Shown: piece after piece, positions 58,523 to 63,663 of the stretch | Numbering within the stretch: position 1 is the first letter of the stretch | Layout: every line of letters begins with the position of its first letter | Origin: Pseudomonadota bacterium | GTDB taxonomy: Bacteria > Desulfobacterota > Desulfobacteria > Desulfobacterales > JBDRRP01 | Reading direction: 5' to 3' | DNA: 63,663 bases | NCBI GenBank assembly: GCA_043825735.1 | Contig: JBDRRP010000057.1 | Coordinates: forward strand, 124,001 to 187,663 | Made by a program: the position numbers and the translations under genes | Notes under the pieces: model-generated | Seen by the model: only the letters and a program-made list of their open reading frames with translations | Database searches by the model: none | Told to the model about the DNA's origin: nothing

Positions 58523-58588
58523 ACCACGAAGGACGCGAAGAAAACCTTAAAAACAGGTCGGTTATAAAATCTTCGTGTTCTTCGTGGT
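58523..58588. repeat. CACGAAG periodic palindrome downstream of rlmN
   Basis: ACCACGAAGGACGCGAAG ... CTTCGTGTTCTTCGTGGT. Confidence 0.75.
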
Positions 58589-58659
58589 GATTAAAAATCG
58601 GTTATCGGCGCGGCCGTTGAGATGGCACTGGATCAACAGATGCCGCTTATCCGCGATCA

Positions 58660-59580
58660 CTACGCGGCGGGTGCTACGCCTATGGGATGCCCGAGCCGCT
58701 GGGCGTTGGCCATGGCCTTGCCGGCGTCGTTAAACATGGCCATCTGGTCGCTTTTATGCCCGGCGATGCCACATGAAATGCCTACCTTACCCATGGACTG
58801 CCCGCTTTTGTTTTTGAATGAATAGGATGAGATGGCCGTGGACAGGGCGTGCGTTGTGCGTGCGGCGATCTTGCCGTCCACTTCGGAGATGATCACCGCA
58901 AATTCGTTTCTGCCGATCCGGAAGGGGAGTGCCGCTTCGGGCAATGTTTTGCGAACGATATGGCCGATCTCTTTGAGCAGGTGATCAGCATCCTTGTCGC
59001 TGAGATGGGAAAGGTGCTCGACCTCGAAGCGTATCAGCCATGCCGAGTGCCCCAGTCGGTCGGCGCGGCGGGCGATTTCTGTGAACTTCTGCCGGAAATG
59101 GCGGCGGTTGAAGAGCTGGGTAAGGTCATCGGTGCAGGCCAGGGTCGTCATCTTCTGGGTCAGTGCCTGCATTTGCCGAGCGTTTTCGCCGGCTTGCTGC
59201 ATTCGGTTTTGAAGCTCCTTGTGAAGTTGTTCGAAGATCCGGCTAAGTTTGGTCAGTTCATTGCCGGCGGTCTCGGCATCCGGCTCTGCGTTTCCTAGCG
59301 CCTGGCTGCTGATGTGGGTCATTTGCTGGGTGAATTTTTCCAGGGCCAGGGTCCACCAAAAGAGAAGCGAAAATCCCAGGACCTCGATCAACAGAATGGA
59401 AATGGTGCCGATGTTGAACATCCCGGAAAGTTGTTCCAGCTGGTAGGGCGTTAACGCCGGGACGGCATACTGGTAGACGATAAACAGCATGATCAGCATG
59501 GGAAGCAAGCAGGAAAGAAGGTAGAAGCTAAGGAAAATACGGCGGAAATTTTCGTTGGTCAGCGAAACGAACATATTCAT
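58660..59580 (-). CDS. Membrane protein with degenerate GGDEF domain
   Basis: Two TMs, coiled coil, TDDLTQLFNRR; RIGRNEF in place of GG(D/E)EF. Confidence 0.8.
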   Translation of the reverse strand: MNMFVSLTNENFRRIFLSFYLLSCLLPMLIMLFIVYQYAVPALTPYQLEQLSGMFNIGTISILLIEVLGFSLLFWWTLALEKFTQQMTHISSQALGNAEPDAETAGNELTKLSRIFEQLHKELQNRMQQAGENARQMQALTQKMTTLACTDDLTQLFNRRHFRQKFTEIARRADRLGHSAWLIRFEVEHLSHLSDKDADHLLKEIGHIVRKTLPEAALPFRIGRNEFAVIISEVDGKIAARTTHALSTAISSYSFKNKSGQSMGKVGISCGIAGHKSDQMAMFNDAGKAMANAQRLGHPIGVAPAA

Positions 59581-59917
59581 GACGGCCTCCTCGTATGCCC
59601 GTTTCGCCCGTACGCATCTGAAGAGAAGGGTGATACCTTACGATAGCGCAACGGTATAAGTCAAGATGTTTTGGTGATAAGTGTACTCACCCGCCATCGG
59701 GATGCGCACGGGGTATCCAGCGCCGTGAAAAGGTACTATCTTATCCGGCGGTTGTTAAACGCTGCTCAATGTGCTGGGCCTGCATTTATTCACGATTGAC
59801 CAAGGCTTCAGCGAAAACGTGCACGAGATGGTTTATAGCCGCTGAACTTCGGTTCGGTGGCACGGCGTCAGACGCCATTTCGGCAGTGTTTCAAGGGACC
59901 ATGCAAAGGAGGGTGAG

Positions 59918-60844
59918 ATGCCTCAATATGAAACCTATGATGTCGTGATTTTGGGTTCTGGACCTGCCGGGCTGCAGGCGGCCATTCATGCGGCCCGCAA
60001 GCGGGTCAGGGTGCTGGTGCTGGGACGCACCGAGAAGAGCAGCCTCTTTCATGCCCACATCGAGAACATCTGCTGCGTGTTCAACGTGGCCGGTGAAGAG
60101 ATGCTCAAAGTGGGGCGGGAGCAGGCAGCACTGTTTGGCGCAGAAATGGCCGGGGAAGACGTGCTGGGACTGACACAGGACGCGGCCGGCTTTCGGGTGC
60201 GTCTGGAGGGCGGCCAGGAAATCGTCGGAAAGAGCCTCATACTCGCCACGGGTACCAGCCGCCACCGTCTTAATGTCGACGGCGAAAGGGCCCTCCTGGG
60301 CAAAGGTGTGAGCTATTGCGTGGATTGTGACGGCAATTTTTTCCGCCAGCAGCCGGTGTGTATCGTGGGCGGCGAAAGCGCCGCCGCGGATGGGGCGCTG
60401 AGCCTGATCAAAATTGCCAGCGCGGTGCATCTGGTCTGTGAAAAACTGTCGGTCTCACCGGCCATGATGGCCGAGCTTGATGCCAGCGATGTCACGGTTC
60501 ACACCGGAGAGGCCATTGCCGCCATCATGGGAGACACCGCAGTGACGGGCGTCCGGCTCAGGGGCGGCGCAGCGCTTTCCGTGAAGGGTGTTTTCATCGA
60601 GCTTGGGGCCAAGGGTGTGATGGAGCTGGCCGCGAGTCTGGGGTTGATGATGGACGATGAAATGAAGTTTCTCCAGACCGATAAGCAGCAGGCCACCACC
60701 GTGCCCGGCGTGTTCGCAGCCGGTGACATCTGCGGGCCGCCCTGGCAGATGGCCAAGGCCATCGGTGAGGGGTGCGTGGCAGGCATCAATGCGGCCAGCT
60801 ATGCCAAAAAACAGAATGCCGATATTCATAAAGCCGAAGAGTAG
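59918..60844 (+). CDS. trxB: Thioredoxin reductase family FAD-dependent oxidoreductase
   Basis: GSGPAG, GKGVSYCVDCDG and GVFAAGD motifs. Confidence 0.85.
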   Translation: MPQYETYDVVILGSGPAGLQAAIHAARKRVRVLVLGRTEKSSLFHAHIENICCVFNVAGEEMLKVGREQAALFGAEMAGEDVLGLTQDAAGFRVRLEGGQEIVGKSLILATGTSRHRLNVDGERALLGKGVSYCVDCDGNFFRQQPVCIVGGESAAADGALSLIKIASAVHLVCEKLSVSPAMMAELDASDVTVHTGEAIAAIMGDTAVTGVRLRGGAALSVKGVFIELGAKGVMELAASLGLMMDDEMKFLQTDKQQATTVPGVFAAGDICGPPWQMAKAIGEGCVAGINAASYAKKQNADIHKAEE

Positions 60845-60859
60845 TGGCGATCGAAGCTC

Positions 60860-61165
60860 TCAGTGGCCGCCGCACCCGCACCCGCAGCCCTCGTCATCCG
60901 CGTTAAGGCGCGACGAAAACCGCAGACCGATGGCGTCGCGGTCGATGCGGATGGGGTGGATCTCTTCGAGCAGTTTCCGGTCCACCAGGTAGGTGAGTCC
61001 GTCCACTACGTAGACGCTGTCGCCATCGGTCTGAGTGTCGAACCTCATGGCCAGGGAAGGTCCGTCTGTGATGGACGGCTTAACATGAATGCGGATGGGC
61101 TCAGGCTGCCGTCCGGACATAAATTCGCGGATTCGCGTGCTGGCTGCCGGGGTAATCTCGAACAT
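60860..61165 (-). CDS. IscA/HesB family protein
   Basis: ITPAA..IRI..GPSLAM..D..DGLTYLVD; C-terminal GCGCGCGG; RBS AAGGAG. Confidence 0.8.
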   Translation of the reverse strand: MFEITPAASTRIREFMSGRQPEPIRIHVKPSITDGPSLAMRFDTQTDGDSVYVVDGLTYLVDRKLLEEIHPIRIDRDAIGLRFSSRLNADDEGCGCGCGGH

Positions 61166-61251
61166 GGCGGCTCCTTGTCATTCGATGCGAATATTCTCAG
61201 GGTCGGGAATAATTTATTACGCTTGTGCGGAAAGCTCAAGCTGACAATATT

Positions 61252-61384
61252 GATAGCCCCGTAAAAAGTCAGAAATCACCACAGAGGACGCAGAGAGCGC
61301 AGAGGCAACCCAATAATAACCCAATATTTTCTCTGTGGCCCTCTGCGATCTCTGCGGTTTAAAAACACTTTTTACGGATTCATC
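61252..61384. mobile_element. MITE-like element (CCGTAAAAAG family)
   Basis: GATAGCCCCGTAAAAAGT ... ACTTTTTACGGATTCATC, 133 bp, with an internal CGCAGAG periodic hairpin. Confidence 0.75.
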
Positions 61385-61447
61385 TGACGTGGTCGTTGAG
61401 ACGACACTGTAATTGCGAATCGAAGCACTTAGCGTGAAGGCATTGCC

Positions 61448-61975
61448 ATGAAACCCGTCACGTACCGTTATTGTCCGCTGTGTGCCGAAGAGATCGGGCC
61501 TCAGGGGCCTTCTGGCCAGAACCGTCACGGCTGCCCGGCCTGCGGGTTCGTCCACTTCCAGGATCCCAAGGTGGCCGTCGTGGCGGTGATCCCGTGGCAG
61601 AACCGGGTGCTGTTGATACAGCGGCGATTCGGACCTGCCAAAGGCAGATGGGCGCTGCCCGGCGGATTCATGGACGCCTGGGAGATGCCCCGTGATGCCC
61701 TGGCCCGGGAAGTCCGTGAAGAGGTGGGCCTGGCGGTTTCTCCGGGCGCCCTTTTGGACATTCTGTCCATGGACGACCCCGACGTGGGCCCCATCGGCAT
61801 CGTGATCGCCTACACGGCCCTGCCGATTTCAGTCCCTTCCGAGATGCTGACCGTTGCCGACGATGCCGCCGCGGCCCGGTGGTTTTACCCCGAAGCCCTT
61901 CCAGAGGGCCTGGCGTTCAGGGGGACACGCCGTCTGATCAGGCTGTGGCAGCGCGGCGTGATTGTACCGGCTTGA
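61448..61975 (+). CDS. NUDIX hydrolase with N-terminal zinc ribbon
   Basis: CPLC..CPAC; WALPGG..AREVREEVG Nudix box. Confidence 0.92.
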   Translation: MKPVTYRYCPLCAEEIGPQGPSGQNRHGCPACGFVHFQDPKVAVVAVIPWQNRVLLIQRRFGPAKGRWALPGGFMDAWEMPRDALAREVREEVGLAVSPGALLDILSMDDPDVGPIGIVIAYTALPISVPSEMLTVADDAAAARWFYPEALPEGLAFRGTRRLIRLWQRGVIVPA

Positions 61976-62004
61976 AAAGTCCGGTTCAGGGCCTGTTTGG
62001 GTTT

Positions 62005-63138
62005 TCAGGGCGCCGGCATTTTCTGAACGACGATGCTGCCGGCCGAATACCCGGCGCCAAAGGAGCAGATGACCCCAGTATCACCGGGCTTCAGATCGTC
62101 CCGGTGGCGGTGGAAGGCGATGATGGCACCCGCCGATGCCGTGTTGCCGAATTCACTTAGAACCAGGGGGGCGTCACCGTTGCTGGGTTCATGACCCAGA
62201 ACTCTGGTGGCCACCAGGTGGTTCATGTTGATATTGGCCTGATGGAGCCAGAGGCGTCGGACGTCGGCAATGGGGATGCCCAACTGCGCCAGATGGCCGG
62301 TGATGAGCTGGGTGGCCAGGGGGACCACCTCTTTAAAGACGCGGCGGCCGTTTTGATAGAAGAGGGTGTCGCGGTTTTCGAGAGCCTCGGTGTTCCACCG
62401 GTTAATAAAGCTGAAATTGTTTCTCACGTTGCTGGAAAACCGGCTCGTCAAGCGAGCGCCGCGGATCTGGAAAGGGGCCGGCGCACGGCAGGTGTCGGCC
62501 CGCTCGATCACGGTGGCCGTGGCAATGTCGCCGAAGATGAAATGGCTGTCTCGGTCTCTGAAGTTGCAATGGCCGGTGTTGATTTCCGGATTGACCGTGA
62601 CCACGCACCGTGCCGACCCGGCGGCAATCATGTCCGCCGCGATCTTGATGGCATACGTGGCCGCCGAGCAGGCCACGTTCATATCGAAGGCAAAGCCCTC
62701 GATGCCCAATGCGGTCTGCACCTCGATGGCTATGGCCGGGTAGGGGCGCTGGAGGCTCGAGCAGGAGACGATGACCGCATCCACGTCTTCAGGCGTTCTG
62801 GCGGCAGTTTCCAGGGCACTGCTGACAGCGGCGGCAGCCATTTCGCTTTGCATCGACGGCTCATCGTCCGAGCGCGCCGCAAACTCCGGATGCATCCGGT
62901 CGATGTCGAGAATCCCCGCCTTATCCATGACGTAGCGGTTTTCTATGCCCGAGGCTTTGACGATAAACGCTTCACTCGATTCCTGAAGAGGTGCTTTCTG
63001 GCCGGCGTCGATATCGCTCCGGTGGGTATCGTTGAAACGCCGCACATAGGCATTGTAGGATGCCACGAGTTCAGCAGTGGTGATTTTTTGCGGAGGAATA
63101 AACATCCCCGTTGCACTGATGACGACTTCCGGCTGCAT
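62005..63138 (-). CDS. fabH: Beta-ketoacyl-ACP synthase III family protein
   Basis: FDMNVACS, HQAN, GNTASA and SFGAG motifs (Cys-His-Asn triad). Confidence 0.9.
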   Translation of the reverse strand: MQPEVVISATGMFIPPQKITTAELVASYNAYVRRFNDTHRSDIDAGQKAPLQESSEAFIVKASGIENRYVMDKAGILDIDRMHPEFAARSDDEPSMQSEMAAAAVSSALETAARTPEDVDAVIVSCSSLQRPYPAIAIEVQTALGIEGFAFDMNVACSAATYAIKIAADMIAAGSARCVVTVNPEINTGHCNFRDRDSHFIFGDIATATVIERADTCRAPAPFQIRGARLTSRFSSNVRNNFSFINRWNTEALENRDTLFYQNGRRVFKEVVPLATQLITGHLAQLGIPIADVRRLWLHQANINMNHLVATRVLGHEPSNGDAPLVLSEFGNTASAGAIIAFHRHRDDLKPGDTGVICSFGAGYSAGSIVVQKMPAP

Positions 63139-63382
63139 ATTGCCTTTCTCCTGAATGTGCGAGATGAACCCATGCATCCTTTCAATCTTCGTGCCACTGA
63201 GACGGCTGGCCGTATGTGACGTGATTCCAGAGGGTTGATTTTTACGGCGCGAGGTATCGACGATTGTGGCGGCCCGGTGCTGTCCAAATTGTGTATGCTT
63301 CCTGGACAAAATCAGCATGGGGCAATTGCCAACAAACCGGTTGACAACCGCCGCGCAACCTTATAGGAATCTGCCCCGTTGA

Positions 63383-63457
63383 GCGGGAATAACTCAGTGG
63401 TAGAGTGCGACCTTGCCAAGGTCGAAGTCGCGGGTTCAAATCCCGTTTCCCGCTCCA
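63383..63457 (+). tRNA. tRNA-Gly(GCC)
   Basis: GCGGGAA acceptor stem, anticodon arm CGACC-TTGCCAA-GGTCG, T-loop TTCAAAT, encoded CCA; TTGACA at 63341. Confidence 0.97.
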
Positions 63458-63617
63458 TCCCCTTTTTTTCATCATCCGGGACACCGACCTAAACGATTTC
63501 TCAAGTCATCGACCGGCGGTTCGGCGGGCGCCTGCCTTGACATCCCCTCGGCGAGCACTAATCTCTATCCGTTCGGCGCCGGGCCATGCCCGCGTCAATA
63601 AACGAAGGAGAATCGCT

Positions 63618-63663
63618 ATGGCAACAACTGCGTCAGTCCCATCGAAAAACATTTACGCCAGTG
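63618..63663 (+). CDS. 5' end of an unidentified gene, cut by the window edge
   Basis: AAGGAG RBS followed by ATG GCA ACA ACT (MATTASVPSKNIYA). Confidence 0.55.
   Translation, partial: MATTASVPSKNIYAS

Noticed and set aside
63383..63457. tRNA as prophage/island attachment site
   Set aside because: No integrase and no duplicated tRNA 3' end seen in the window.

Overview
GC-rich bacterial chromosome segment. Gene content and style suggest a sulfate-reducing Desulfobacterota (Desulfobacterales-like) organism; this is an inference. It carries: a selenocysteine formate dehydrogenase alpha subunit split at an in-frame UGA with a SECIS hairpin; Mo/W-cofactor genes (FmdE-like, short ModE-like regulator, mobB, a mobA remnant, a molybdopterin oxidoreductase); a hybrid kinase/response regulator pair; an ABC-2 exporter; an ECF sigma/anti-sigma pair; an internally deleted secDF followed by tatC; hydantoinase/HDAC-family/epmA genes; a pstCA-pstS-pstB operon; two class III cyclases; a tandem TusE/DsrC-like protein; proVWX with a MarR regulator; rlmN, trxB, a fabH-like gene and tRNA-Gly(GCC). 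Intergenic regions are full of MITE/REP-like palindromes and gene remnants. Best candidates for undescribed biology: (1) an unannotated 54-aa membrane-anchored putative selenoprotein (UGA + SECIS-like hairpin, UxxxxC) overlapping the start of the ECF sigma gene; (2) a sigma54-promoted putative sRNA carrying an anti-Shine-Dalgarno/anti-AUG sequence; (3) a threefold ATATCA-N4-TGATAT operator around the ModE-like gene; (4) the doubly in-frame-deleted SecDF coupled to a lone tatC. No database searches were run; all family calls come from recognising motifs by eye.
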